A stretch of 64,000 nt of DNA from Malacoraja senta (lineage: Eukaryota). The notes beneath the pieces were generated by a model. That model worked only from the letters and a program-made list of their open reading frames with translations. It was not told the DNA's origin and searched no databases. Location: contig CM075999.1 of NCBI GenBank assembly GCA_038087875.1, forward strand, positions 622,001-686,000, given 5' to 3'. Positions within the stretch are counted from its first letter, which is position 1. The number at the start of each line of letters is the position of its first letter. Of the stretch, positions 26,146 through 40,158 are shown in pieces. The position numbers and the translations under genes are program-made.

Positions 26146-27580
26146 TGAAAGAGGGATTATAAAACAGGCAGATAGGATTAAGTAAAATCATACAGGATAT
26201 TATAGGGTTAATAAGGGCAAAAGGATAACCAAGGAAGGAGTTAGGCCCATGAATTACCAAAGGGCAATTTGCACGTGGAAACAGAGACTGTGGGTGAGGT
26301 TTTAAATGAATATTTCTTTTGCACATTCACTAAGGAGCATGAGAATTCAGGAGAGGAAAGAATGAACTTCAAGAATATTACCATCTGATGGCTTAGCAGG
26401 TTTGAAAGTGAAAAAAATCTTGAAGGCTCGATGAAATGTATTCCAGGAGGAGATTGCTAGACTCCTGACAGAGATTCTTAAATCATTGTTGGCCACAGGT
26501 GAAATGCCAGATGATTGGAGGACAGCAAATTAATTCAGAAATGGCAAGAAGGATACATTAGGAAATTGCAGAACTGAGAATCAAACATTAGTGGTAGGGA
26601 ACTTATTCGAAAACATTCTGATGTTCAGGATTAATTTGAACTTGGATAGGTAGGGATTAATCAAAGACACGAGAAACAGCAGATGCTGCAATCTTGAGCA
26701 AAGAAACAAGTGAGAACTCAGCGGGTCAAGCTGATTGAATTTTTTGAAGAAGAGGCAAAATTATTGTTGAAGTTAATGTGACTGACAGTCTACATGGACT
26801 TCGGTTAGGCTTTTTATAAGATCTCTCATGAGAAACTGGAAGAAATGGTTAGAGCTGATGAGATTCCATGCAAGTTGCCAAAGTGGATCCAAGATTGACT
26901 GAGTGATAGGAAGCAGATGGCAATAATGGAGAATTTTGTTTGTGATTGGAAGCCTGAGAATTTCTGGCTAGTTACAACAGGGAGGATTGTGATTGCACTG
27001 GAGAGGGCGCAGAGGACATTTGCCAGGATATTGCCTAGTATGGAATGAATATGAGGAGATAATGAATCAGCTGGGTTTCGTTATAGAATATCATACATCA
27101 TGGAAACAGGCCCTGTGCGCAGTCTCACCAAAGTCTTGTAAACTGCAACGTGATGTACCAACTTCTACATTCAGTGCCCTGACTAATGAAAACCAGCATG
27201 TCAAAAGCCTTCTTAACCTCCCTATGTAACTGAAATACCACTTTCGGGGAACTATGTAGTCCTGGATCCTTTGGATCCCTCTGCTCTACAACACAACCGA
27301 TGGTCCCTTTTGTTCACTGTGAAAGTCCTACCCTGGTTTGATTTCCCAAAATACAAGGCCTAGCTCTTATCTGAATTAAACTCCATTTGCTAATCCTCAA
27401 CCCACTTGTCCAGTTAATCAAAATCCCACTGTGCTTCCTGATAACCATCTTCACTGTCAACTGTACCATCTCTTTCGGTGTCATCTGTAAACTTACTAAC
27501 AATATCTTGAACATTCTCATTCAAATTGTTGAAATCGATGGCAAACAATAATGGGCCCAGCATTGCTCCCTGAGGCAAAC

Positions 27581-28187
27581 TTTCCCTTGCAACCGCAAGA
27601 GATGCTACACTTGTCGCTTTACCTTCCCCCTCGACTCCATTCAAGGACCCAAGCAGTCGTTCCAGGTGTGACAGAGGTTCACCTGCATCTCCTCCAACCT
27701 CATCTATTGCATCCGCTGCTCTAGATGTCAGCTGATCTACATCGGTGAGACCAAGCGTAGGCTTGGCGATCGTTTCGCCGAACACCTCCGCATTAACCAA
27801 CCTGACCTCCCGGTGGCTCAGCACTTCAACTACCCCTCCCATTCCGTATCCGACCTCTGTGTCCTGGGCCTCCTCCATGGCCAGAGTGAGCACCACCGGA
27901 AATTGGAGGAACAGCACCTCATATTCCGCTTGGGGAGTCTGCATCCTGGTGGCATGAACATTGAATTCATCCAATTCTGTTAGCCCTTGCTGTCTCCTCC
28001 TCTTCCTAGCTCTCCCTCAGCCCTTGGGCTCCTCCTCCTCCTTTTTCCTTTCTTCACCCCGCCCCCCCCCCCCCCCCCCCACCCCCCATCAGTCTGAAGA
28101 AGGGTTTTGGCCCGAAACGTTGCCTATTTCCATCGCTCCATAGATGCTGCTGCACCCGCTGAGTTTCTCCAGCTTTTTTGTGTACCT
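27581..28187 (+). mobile_element. Penelope-like element 3' fragment (GIY-YIG endonuclease + terminal repeat) with 14-bp TSD
   Basis: FPCNRKRCYTC…FTCISSNLIYCIRCSRCQLIYIGETKRRLGDRFAEHLR. TSD TCCCTGAGGCAAAC at 27567-27580 and 28188-28201. Confidence 0.93.
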
Positions 28188-28279
28188 TCCCTGAGGCAAA
28201 CCACTAGTCACAGGCCTCCAGTCCAAAAAACACGCTTCCACGACCAACCTCTGCTTCCAACCATCAAGTATTGATCAAA

Positions 28280-29401
28280 GTAGTATTGATGTGGATAGAG
28301 AACTGGCTAGCAAACAGGAAGCAAAGAGCAGGAGTAAACGGGTCCTTTTCACAATGGCAGGCAGTGACTAGTGGGGTACCGCAAGGCTCAGTGCTGGGAC
28401 CCCAGCTATTTACAATTTATATTAATGACCTGGATGAGGGAATTGAAGGCAACATCTCCAAGTTTGCGGATGACACTAAGCTGGGGGGGCAGTGTTAGCT
28501 GTGAGGAGGATGCTAGGAGACTGCAAGGTGACTTGGATAGGCTGGGTGAGTGGGCAAATGTTTGGCAAATGCAGTGTAATGTGGATAAATGTGAGGTTAT
28601 CCACTTTGGTGGCAAAAACAGGAAAGCAGACTATTATCTAAATGGTGGCCGATTAGGAAATGGGGAGATGCAGTGAGACCTGGGTGTCATGGTACACCAG
28701 TCATTGAAAGTAGGCATGCAGGTGCAGCAGGCAGTGAAGAAAGCGAATGGTATGTTAGCTTTCATAGCAAAAGGATTTGAGTATAGGAGCAGGGAGGTTC
28801 TACTGCAGTTGTTCGGGGTCTTGGTGAGACCACACCTGGAGTATTGCGTACAGTTTTGGTCTCCAAATCTGAGGAAGGACATTATAGCCATAGAGGGAGT
28901 GCAGAGAAGGTTCACCAGACTGATTCCTGGGATGTCAGGACTTTCATATGAAGAAAGATTGGATAGACTTGGCTTATACTCGCTAGAATTTAGGAGATTG
29001 AGAGGGGATCTTATAGAAACGTACAAAATTCTTATGGGGTTGGACAGGCTAGATGCAGGAAGATTGTTCCCGATGTTGGGGAAGTCCTGGACAAGGGGTC
29101 ACAGCTTAAGGATAAGGGGGAAATCCTTTAAGACTGAGATGAGGAAAAACTTTTTCACACAGAGAGTGATGAATCTCTGGAACTCTCTGCAACAGAGAGT
29201 AGTTGAGGCCAGTTCATTGGCTATATTTAAGAGGGAGTTAGATGTGGCCCTTGTGGCTAAGGGGATCAGGGGGTATGGAGAGAAGGCAGGTACGGGATAC
29301 TGAGTTGGATGATCAGCCATGATCATATTGAATGGCGGTGCAGGCTCGAAGGGCCGAATGGCCTACTCCTGCACCTATTTTCTATGTATCTATGTATCTA
29401 T
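28280..29401 (+). mobile_element. CR1 LINE, 5'-truncated second copy of the 2544-5088 family
   Basis: Near-identical to ~3965-5080 with an octamer-type tail (TTTCTATGTATCTATGTATCTAT). AAGTA lies on both sides. Confidence 0.95.
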
Positions 29402-32400
29402 AAGTAATTACATATCTAATTAGCCATATCTCCCTGGATCCTATGTGATCTAATGTTCCAAAGCAACCTATTGAGAAGAATCTCATGAAGGCCTTGCTGA
29501 AGTCCATATAGTTGAGTATGAAGAATGGTCTCGACCTAAAACATTGCCTATCCTTTTTTTCCAGTGATACTGCCTGACCTGCTGAGTTATTCCAGCGCTA
29601 CTACCATGCCCTCATACATTTTCTTGGTAACTGCTTTGAAACACACTCAGTCAACTTTATGAGATACAATTTACAATGCAGAAAGCTATGCTGACTATCT
29701 CTAAACAAGCCATCTTGTCAAGTGCAGGTATATTGTATTTTTGTTAAACACAAATAAGGTGGTAAATTGAGAAAACATGCAGATATAATTGGAATTAATC
29801 AATCTGTCAAGTAGTTATTTATCAATGTTAAATGAAATGAGATATTAGTTTACCATTTGCTTTTTCTTATCTCTACAAAATGCATTTTCATAATGATAAT
29901 CCATTAAAAACAAGGATAAAAAATAAAGTAATAAATAAATCATAGTTGAATGAGAGGAAAAGAAAAGGATCTCACCAAGGAGACCCCAAGACAAAATGAC
30001 CAACTAAATTTCTTCTAGGTTCACTCTTTCTGTTTTTGTCTGAAGAGGTGTTCTGAACTGAAATGTCATCTATGCATTTTCTCCAGAGATACTGCCTGAC
30101 CTGCTGTTACTCCAGCATTTTGTGTCTACATTCTTTATTGGGTTTTTTTTACAAACAAAACTTTAAATTACTATAAGTTTACGTCAACTGCTGCAACAAA
30201 TAAAAGACTAAGCTAGTCTTCATACACCCCCACTCCCCACCCCTCCGCCCAGGACTGCTGTCATTATCACTGAACATCATAACACTACTGATGTGGATTT
30301 TCAAGGCAGCCACCAATTTAAGTCACCTTTCAGATCCTATCAAATTCTGAATGTCTTATTTTGATATAATACTTGCCATGATACAAAATGAATAATAGAA
30401 TTTCTAAAGAGGAGTAAATAGAAAAATCAAAATTGTTGTTGCTTTTTATTGAATGCAATGATTTAACAAGGAGAGATTGTTGCTATGTACAACAGCACTT
30501 CAGCAATTGCTTAACTGCATATATTCCAACAGTAGTTTGTGATCATCAAGGACCGGTTATACCAGTTACCTCCATGTGAACATACGCACAGAGACAACAC
30601 CACCCTTCTGTTGTAGAACCTCCCAACCTCACAACCTTTAGAAATTAGAAGAATAAGTGCAGAATGGGACTGCTGCCCATTCCCTGACTCACACATAGCT
30701 GCAAATACACTCCGGCTAAGATTCCAGTCCACACAGCAACACTGCTGTAGGTTAAGAATGTGTGCACTTTTGAAAAATTGTACTTTCTCTGTTATGTTGT
30801 ATTCTGGACTCTGTTTTTTCTTCTCATTGCATTACCCATATGTTTTTAATTACTTATATATAGTATGATTTGACTGGATAGCACGCCAAGTTTTTCACTG
30901 CATCGTAATGTACTTCAAAATAATAAAGCAATACCAAAATCAATGACCTAGGTTATATCTAAATGTTGCAGAGTAGACTTTTCCCTGCCTTTGACTATTG
31001 TCTACCCATTGAGAGAAGCAGCACAGAAGAAAACTGATTGCAATATATCCTAACCAGTCTATGTAACAGAACATAATTTATTTCTATGGCTGCAGGGGGT
31101 TGCATTGCTGTTAGATGAATCTGGCATTCCAAATGTTAGTCAGAGACACAAGAAACTGCAGATGCTGGAATCTGGTCCAAAACACAAAATGCTGGAGGAA
31201 CTCAGTGGGTGAGGTAGCATCTATGGAGGAAATTTATAGACAAGGTTTCAGGTCGGGACCCTCCTTCAGCCTGATCTGCAGTCTGAAGAAGGGTTCCAAC
31301 CTGAAATACTGTCTTCCATTCTCTCCACAAATGCTGCCTGATCTGTTGAGTTCCTCCAGCTCTTTGTGCAGAGCAAATGTTAGCTCCGAGTCAGAAGGTT
31401 GCTATTTCAAATCCGAGTCTGGGGATGATTTAAACTTTTAACATACGTTGCCACTCCAATGGAGCACTGAGGAACTGACGCATTATCAGAGGTCCTGCTC
31501 TTGGATGTGATATTAAATCAAGACCCAAGTGGCCTCTAGAATTTTTTGAAGTGAAATTGGATTCCTGGCTGACGTTTGACCAACACTGCACTGCCCACCA
31601 ATTACTCTCCCAGTAAAATCAGCCCATCCCAACCCTCTAATTCTTTCACCGAGAAGATCACCACCATTCATGACACCACCATCTACAATTAAAAGACACT
31701 TGAAGTACACGGCCAGGAATGGTTTAGAAGGATTTGGGCTAATTGCGGGCAAGTGGGACTGGCTTAGATGGGGCATCTTGGTTGTCATGGATGAGTGGGG
31801 CCGAATTGCCTGTTTGTGTGTTGTATGACTCATAGACCACGACTGCAGGTTCCCATCAAAGTCACACACCATCTTGATCGGGAATATAACACATTTCCTT
31901 CATTGTGAGAGCACTTCACCAGAAGGTTTGCAGCAGTTCTGGAAAACAGCTCATCTACACCTTCTTAAGGGATGGGTAATAGTTGCTGTAATGTTAAAAA
32001 GTGAATAAAGAAAAAAAAACATTTCAGAAAAGATTATCTGGATATTGTTGTACACATGTTGATTTTGTATTATGCTTTTGACCGGAAGTCTAAATGCAAT
32101 CACTGAATGGAGAGGTTGCATAGTGGCCTATGGGCATACACCACTCAATTTAATTGACTGGTTTGTTGACATAGCAAAATAGAAACATAGAAAATAGATG
32201 CAGGAGTAGGCCATTCGGCCCTTCAAGCCAGCACCGCCATTCAATATGATCATGGCTGATCATCCAAAATCAGTCTCCCTTTCTTGCTTTCTCACAAAAT
32301 CCCTTGATTCCATTAGTCCTAAGAGCTATATTTAACTCTCTCTTGATCTGTTCATTATCTTAGGATTACCTGGGAATGCAGTGGTAACCTACGTCTATTT

Positions 32401-33559
32401 TCTGCAAGGCAATGTTATCCCTCGTCCAAACATGATTGAGGAGCAGCCAAAATATGAAGGCGAGGAACTGCAGTAAAGTGTCCTTTACATAAAAGGACAC
32501 AAATTGCTGGAGTAAGCGGGTCAGGAAGCATCTCTGGAGAATGTGGATAGGTGAGGTTTCAGGTCGGGATAGGTTCCAAGTCCTCCAGAGAGGCTGCCTG
32601 GCTCACTGAGTTGCTCCAGCACTTTGTATCCATGCATGAGGAACAAATGGACTTCTCAGCCATGAAGATTTAAACGAACTGATGAGCTATTTGTTCCACT
32701 CCTCTCTCTATTCCTCCTTCAGCCCCACTCCCAAAGTCTCCCCTTTTTTTCCTCACCTCGGTCTGTATCTCCTCATGGTCCTTGCTATCCACCTCCAACC
32801 TTCCCACCCTAAAACATCCAACTAACCCAACTAACTAATTTTAATTATAATTGGTGCTGTAACCTGTGCTTCAGAAATGGCAAGGGACTCATCTGGAGGT
32901 GGAGCTTCAGGGATATTATGGAGAATTGGTCTCCACCTCGGCCCTCCATCTGCATTTGAAAGTCCTTGCCATGTCACCTATCACGCAGAATGTTATAATA
33001 CCAGTGAACTGCCTATCCCCAATGTGCCACTGGTCTTCACACACCACCCCTTACCCATTTACACTGTCAGGCTCAAACTTGTTTTCAGCATTATCCAATA
33101 TACTCCTTGCCCATCTCTATCGCCCCCCACCACACTTCCCAAAGGACTGTTATTTGCCAATTACTCCTGATGCTCCCCTCCCGTTGTTCTCCTACTCTCT
33201 GTTGCCCAAACTCAACATCTTCCCCGTTTCCTAAACTTGTCCCCAATGCATTGTTCATTACCCCATTCCACCCTGCCCAATTATACTGCAAATCACAGAA
33301 TGTTTCCCCAATCCCCAAAATGCAGACAACCAATTGCCCCACTCAACAGCAAATATACTGATCACAATTCTCCTTCAGCCTCAAATGTACTTGGTTTTCC
33401 CAACATACTCCAAAAATGCACCCTATGAAAAATGTGCATCTTTTGGCTTGGTTGCAACTATAAACTAAACTGTCTATAAACTAAAACTGTATCCAGGACC
33501 CTTCTGGAATAATTTAATGGACAAGAATTTGAAGCCGACTGAAATTCCATCTGGATCCC

Positions 33560-33665
33560 TTATCCCTAACCAGTCTGAAGAAGGGTCTCGACCCGAAACG
33601 TCACCTTCCTTCTCGCCAGAGATGCTGCCTGTCCCACTGAGTTACTCCACCTTTTTGTGTCTACC
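33560..33665 (+). ncRNA. Penelope terminal repeat containing a minimal hammerhead ribozyme-like core (33575-33602)
   Basis: CTGAAGA-A-GGGTC(TC)GACCC-GAAA-CGTC: a CUGANGA core, perfect stem II, GAAA and a palindromic ACGT stem III. Helix I pairing is weak. Confidence 0.6.
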
Positions 33666-36600
33666 TTCCATCTGGATACAATGAACCCACTAGGCTACCT
33701 CTCCCACTCCCCACATCCGGCATACACTGTCATCATCCTACATCACTATCCACCCCTAATGCACCTCCAGAGAAGGGAAATAGAAACAAGGACAGCAAAT
33801 ATTTGGCATTTACTAAGTAAGCAGCATGTTTTTAAAATGAAAATCACACAAAATAGCTCGGGCAATAACCACGGATAATGTCAGAACAAGGTGCTGCAGG
33901 ATAGGAAACGTTGCCTTCTCTCATTCAGAGGCATTCTAATGGTGAGGTGCCCAGAGCTGAATTTCAGAATAAAGATCCCACACAGAAAGCTATTTATGTT
34001 TTATATATTTTGTGGGGCTGTATCTGCAGTTCCTTGTTTTTACAATGTCTTGATTGTTTTTTTAAGTCATTTATATTCTGAACGACAGAGGAAAAACAGG
34101 AAAAAAAGAAAGGTGCTTATCTTACAGCTATAACCAAATGACCAATCATGCATGCATGTAAGCTTGCCCCCAGTCACTTTGCTTCGTTTAAGTATATAAA
34201 ATTCAGTGTACTGGAGAGCGATAGAACAGCTCCGGAGAGGTGCCGCAACAGCAACTTCTAGCTCAACATAAGAAACCCAACGAATTACTCAATATTCTGG
34301 AGTAACTCAGCAGATCAGGCAGCATCTCTGGAGAACATGGATAGGAGATGTTTTGGATCGGGACTCTTCTTCAGATGGAAGACTATCCCCTGCTGAGGCA
34401 CTCCACACTTTGTACCTTTCATTGTAACCAGTATCTGCAATTCCTTGTGTCTCGATGTTCTCCAGAACTGCTGCCAGATCCATATTCTCCAGAGATATTG
34501 CCTGTCTTGCTGAGTTAATCCAGCACTTTGTGTCTTTCTTTGTAAACCAGCATCTGCAGTTCCTTGTGTCTCCAACGAATTACTCATTGAGTTCAGAAAC
34601 ACGAAGCCAGGTGACCACATATCAGTTTCCTTTGGTGGGTCAGTACTGGCAAGAGTTGGCAGCTTCAAATTACTGAATGCTAACATCTCAAACGATCTGA
34701 CCTGGACACAGCTCATAGATAACATAGAACATAGAGCGGTACAGAAAAGGAAAGGGCCCTTTGGCACACAATGTCCATGCCAAACATGGTGTCTGAAGAA
34801 GGGTCTCAACCCAAAATGTCACCCATTCCTTCCCTCCAGAGATATGCTGCCTGCCCTGCTGAGTTACTCCACCAATTTGTGTCTATCTATGGTGTCAGAT
34901 TAAACAAATTTCCCCTCCTCATGATCCATATCACTCCAATCCCTGCATATCCATGTGCCTATCTAAAAGTCTCTTAAATGCCTCTATCGCATCTGCCTCC
35001 AGTACTACCCATGGCAGTGTGTTCCAGACGACATAGTAGAATCTATGGTCCTGTCCATTAGAAGGTACAGAAGCTTGAAAGCTTGCACAACCAGTCTTTC
35101 CCTCTCTGTTATCAGGCTTCTGAACTGCCCTTCCTTAAGCTAGGGTACTGTCTCATTTGCCTCTACCCCATTGCAGACATTGAGCTTTGCCTATGGAACT
35201 GATGGCTATACTGCTGAGCACTCTGTATCTTTCCCTTTGCTCTATCTAATGTACTTGAATTGTCTTAATTGAATTTATGTGTATTCTTATCTGATATGTT
35301 CGGATAATACAGAAAACAAAGCTTTTCCCTGCAAAATAAACCTGAACCTAAAAAAACCTGCCCCACATATCTCCTTTAAGCATGTAATCGTGAAGAACTC
35401 CTTTACTTTCTGAAAAGTTTAAAGAGATTTGGCATGTCAATGAATACTTCAACAAATATCTGCAAATGCACTGAAGAAAGTATTCTTACTAGTAACATCA
35501 TGGCCTGACATGACAATTCCTACACACAGGAACAGGTTGTAGAGAATGGTGGATCTGGTATATTATGGCAAAGCCCTCCCGTTCATTAAATGCATTTAAA
35601 TGAAAGTGGCGTTTATCATCAAGGATCCTCACCATCTGCTAACAACCATCTTCTCGCTGCTACCATCAGGCAGGAGGTATTGAAGCCTTTAGGTTCAGGA
35701 AAAACTACTTAGGTTTCTTAAGGTTCTATAAGGTTCTTGAATTAACCCTACACAATGCTAATCCTACCGAGACAATGGCATGCTACCGGTCACCTAGAGT
35801 TATAGAGTCATAGAGTTATACGGTGTGGAAACAGACCCTTCGGCCCAACCTGCCCACACCGACAAACATATCCCAGCTACGCTAGTCCCAGCTGCCCGCA
35901 TCTGGTTCATATCCCTCCAAACCTCTCCTATCCATGTACCTGTCTAGCTGTTTCTTAAATGTTGGGATAACAACTACCTCCTCTGACAGCTTGTTTCATC
36001 TACCACCCTTTGTGTGAAAAGGTTACCCATCAGATTTCTAATAAATCTTTTCCCCTTCACCTTAAACCTGTGTCCTCTGGTCCTCTGGTCCTCAATTCCC
36101 CCACTCTGGACAAGAGACTCTGCATCTATCTGATCTATTCCTCTCATATAGATGTTCATATAGAGGTTATACACCTCTATAAGATTACCCCTCATCCTCC
36201 TCGCTCTAAGGATTAGAGTCCCAGCATACTCAACCTGACCCTCTAGTCCTGGCATTTCATCTCCTTCACCTCTTTCATTACCGTGGACTAGTTTTGTAAT
36301 TATGTATTTTTGTACTAATGTCTTGCTTTTTTGTGCAGTTTTCTTTCTTTTTACTGTCACGTAGTAGTTATTTATAACTTATCCATAATTGATATATCAT
36401 ATTGTGTGTCTATGTGTATGTCTGAGTCCACGTGCATCATCTTGGTAGATGTCGGCAAATGCGGGGGAGAAAGAGGAGGAGGAGACGGCGGTGGAGGGGG
36501 GAAGCGGCAGAGTGGACAAATTGGCGAGAGAGGAGGGGGAGGTTGCGTTGCTGGGTGCAGACAAGGCGTACGATAGGAAGAAGAAGCAGCTCGTGAGAGA

Positions 36601-37527
36601 GGAGGGAGCCCCATGGTGGCTGAGTGCATCCTGTCATTGGCGGCTTGAAGAAAGCACTGCTGGTCAGGGGCTACAATGTGAGCCACAACAACAACTGCTT
36701 CCACCGGACAATGTGGTAGCTGGTGAAGAAGGGCACGCTGGTGGAGATAGCGGCATTGGCGCCTAATTTTAAGGTGAAACAACACAAAGTGCTGGAGTAA
36801 CTCAGCAGACTGAATCAGTCTTAAGAATTGTCCTGACGTTACCTTTCCATGTTCTCCAGAGGTGCTGAGTTACTCCAGCAGTTTGTGTCCTTTAGTGCAT
36901 AAACCACCATCTGCAATTCTTTGTTCCTACTACATACAATGATCATACCTTAGTAGACTATAGCGGACAATCGGCAATAAAGGACACTATTGCCCCTCAT
37001 GGTCCATTGTAACGAGAATTTACTGTATTTATAGAAAACAAAAAAGGTTGTAAAAATTCTGCAGGTCAGACAGTGGTGGAAAGAGAAACATTGAGTGCTT
37101 TAGCCGTCTGAGTTTTCCCTGCTTTTTCTGCTTTTATTTTTTATAATAGCATACTTACTAGTATCTGCAGATTTTTTGGGGTTTTAGAGATTTCTGTGCA
37201 CTATTGAGAATATTGAAAATATTGAAAACATTGAAACTATTGAAAATATTGAAGTGCTTTAAAAATGTCAGACAATGCAGCCCAAAATAAAACAATCATA
37301 CTGACGATTATTAGGGTGGGGAAGCTCTCTCTTCACTCACTGTCATGATTACACACATATTCCTTGCTTTGCCAAGCTTCCATTTACAAAAAAAGGTGTG
37401 GTGTAGTGAAGACGTCAGATACAGCTCCATATTTGAAACAAGAAGGGTTTCAAAAACACCTGAGCAGTTAGTCTTGAGACAGTGCAGATTCGTTACCTGC
37501 AATTTTCAGACTTCATCCTTTGGCGAA

Positions 37528-37597
37528 ATGGATCATAAAAAGTTTACGTTAATGATATTATTTTGGCACGTACTTATATACCACATAATTTCTTCAG
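37528..37597 (+). CDS. Signal-peptide exon of a mucin-domain glycoprotein gene
   Basis: GAAATGG start context. Encodes MDHKKFTLMILFWHVLIYHIISS (basic n-region, hydrophobic h-region). Strong CAG|GTAAGA donor in phase 1, matching the downstream phase-1 exons. Possible acceptor TTTTCAG ending at 37509. Confidence 0.7.
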
Positions 37598-38780
37598 GTA
37601 AGAACTTATAGCAAATGTTTGTGCTGATTCTGTTAATAGACAGAGTGATTATGTTCTTTTTTAATTGTCAATAGAGTGTAAATAAATAAAATAACTATTA
37701 TATATTCTCCATCAACCCTTGCAGTTGAGGTGAGGATGATGAGATTTCCATAGCATTGTTTAGGAAATACTGGCAACTTTTACTTTGTTGTCAAAGCCAC
37801 TGTCACTGTCACTGTTGGAGACTGGTGTTTTTAAAAGTAGTTGCAAATTCTTTCAGAAACTCAGCTTTTTTTATTTTGCCTATGGCATAAAATCCTTCAA
37901 GCATAATTGGGCCTCCAATACATGGACATTTAGAACAATATTGCAATAAGTTTTCAGGGCATTATTTCAAAGTGTATAAATCTGTATTTAGAAGTTCATG
38001 ATTTTCATATTGCATTAAACAATAGGAAGCACTGATTTAGTAATAGTAGCATTAGGTTTAAAAACATTAAAAAGAGGTTAACTTGCAGGAATGGAAACTT
38101 GCAATAAATTCAGATATGTGCTAAGTGTTGGAAAAAATAACAAGCATGGCAAAGATATCTGTCATGTGAGCTTACCCTGAATATTACTTAATCAAGAGGA
38201 AAAAAAATGATGGATTGTCAATAGAAAAATTAATAGATCTTTTTATTTGTTTTGATCAAAAGCACAAAATCTCAAAAAAATCAAGTCAGTTAAATTTAGT
38301 TAATTTTTTTTAATTCAGTCATTTAATATCATAAGGAATTAATTTCATAAGGAATGATCTTGTTTAATATCCATTAAAAATTATTATGCCTTAAAGATGC
38401 TGTGAAAATGTACTTAATTATTTTATCAATACTGATGCGATGTTTTCATATGCTTTTGATGCTATAATTGTTATTGAATTAATTGCAGACAGATTAATTA
38501 TATCTTTTCATTTAATGCTTACATAGCAATTTATTTCAGTGAGTAAATATTTTAAGATAATGTGTACATGGAAGGTGTGTTGAGATAATGACACTCTCAT
38601 GCCATTAAGATGGTTTAGGGGTCAGCTTTCAGATCAGATCAGTTGCAAGGGAAAACTGATCATAGGATCTATACGATCCACTGGATCATTTTAACGTAGC
38701 AAAATTGCACTGTGATGGGATTTGGTACTGGAGCAGCTTGTCAGACAAAATTGTCGGGGATTTGGTAAAAGACCACCAGG

Positions 38781-39510
38781 GGCGCTGCACGATTGGCAGC
38801 CTCACCAACAGTCAATCTTTTAGTCTTTTTTTTTAATTTTGAGTGTGTGTTAAAAGTTTGTTTAAATGTTCTATGTGGGGGGAGGGGGGATTTTTTTTTT
38901 TCAGTTTCTTACCTTGCCGGAGAAGTGATTAATTTTCGGATCGCATTCTCCGGTTGCTCTGCGGCCTACCATCGATGGAGCTGGAAGCCTCCTCGGACTG
39001 ACCTTGGGCCCCACCAAGACACATGGACTTACATTGGAGTCAATCCCTTGCCTGGGATTGCTCCAACCGCAGCCTGCGGACTTTACATCGAGAGCTTGCA
39101 GTCTCGGGAGAGGCCGTGGAATTCAGGAGCTCCAACATGGCGGAAGGTTCGACCAGCCCCGATGCGGGGTTCGATCGTCTGGCGCGGGGGAGCTGACATC
39201 CTCCGATGCAGGAGCGGATCGCCTCGACGGGGATGGCCCGCCGCCGGCTACGGGAGTCAAGATCATCCCATCAACGGAGGGCCCGAGGCCGCCGACCACG
39301 GAAGAGCAAAGGGAAGAGATTGAACTTTTTTTTGCCTTCCATCACAGTGAGGAATGTGGAGGAGTACTGTGATGGATGTTTATGTTAAAATGTGTTTTGT
39401 TTGTTCCGTTGCTTTTTATTTAAATGACTGACTTGGAAATTGAAATTCCTCATATGTTGCAAAATATATTTGACGAATAAAGTATTATTGTGATTGTGAT
39501 TGATTATGAA
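38781..39510 (+). mobile_element. GC-rich non-autonomous retroelement, diverged relative with (GATTGT)n tail
   Basis: Shares 5' and 3' blocks with 49067-49931. Ends AATAAAGTATTATTGTGATTGTGATTGATT. ACCAGG lies on both sides. Confidence 0.65.
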
Positions 39511-40158
39511 ACCAGGAAAGAGGGGATTAAGTGGAAGGTGATTAAGCTGCTAGAAATGATTTGATTTGCTGTCATATTGTTCAAAGAAATTTACCAGTTT
39601 TCTGCTTTGGTCGTGGTTAAACACAAGGTACATTTGGATTGTCAACTTGTAAATTAAGCTAAATCTTAGCTGCAGTTATGATTATTTACATTAGCCTACA
39701 TTACATTTACATTAGCATGAAATGTAGTTTAGTCTAGTCACTACTAAAATTATATTGAGATATTTGTTTTTGGTGTACAGCAGTTTTAAGTACAGAAAGA
39801 GCTTAAGTATGGAGAAATCAGTGTTTTGTGAAGGATGTTCTTCCTGTTCCAAAGGCCTGATGGGCCAAAAACAATTATAAATCAGTTTTTCTTCAAAAAT
39901 TGATTTGTCATGTTTGTCAGAATGAGAACAACAGAAACTGTACAGTTTTCTATTTGAAGAAGGTGAAAATGCAATCCCAGTAATAATGACTGAAACTCTA
40001 CTGGCTTTTAATAGGGTAAATTTTGCAGGTGTTTGTTTTGTTGCCAAGCTTAAGGAATTCTGCAGGCAGAGAGTTAACAGTGTTTTTAATAGGAACACGT
40101 GATTGTATTTGTATAAAAATGTTACGATTGTAACGATGGTACAGAACCGTAGAATAAA

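Larger units (their letters stand above)
23690..27060 (+). mobile_element. Old, decayed CR1 LINE hosting younger insertions
   Basis: Degenerate EN/RT motifs (VGDFNFP at ~24287, NPT|REEAVL split at 24409/25376, YMDF..AF at ~26791). Confidence 0.7.
27090..29730 (-). mobile_element. Old CR1 LINE on the minus strand hosting Penelope and young CR1 insertions
   Basis: Minus-strand PQGAMLGP, SKFTDDT and YMDFSKAF (~29488-29511). Continuity is restored once the inserts are removed. Confidence 0.75.

Noticed and set aside
36449..36766. 105-aa acidic/Gly-rich ORF upstream of the signal exon
   Set aside because: No domain or convincing donor. It is GA-rich and flanked by repeat fragments, so more likely TE-derived.
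39712..40098. 128-aa minus-strand ORF with a hydrophobic start, and a possible plus-strand exon after TACAG at 39780
   Set aside because: No recognisable domain. The plus-strand candidate hits TAA after 8 codons in the phase required by the signal exon.
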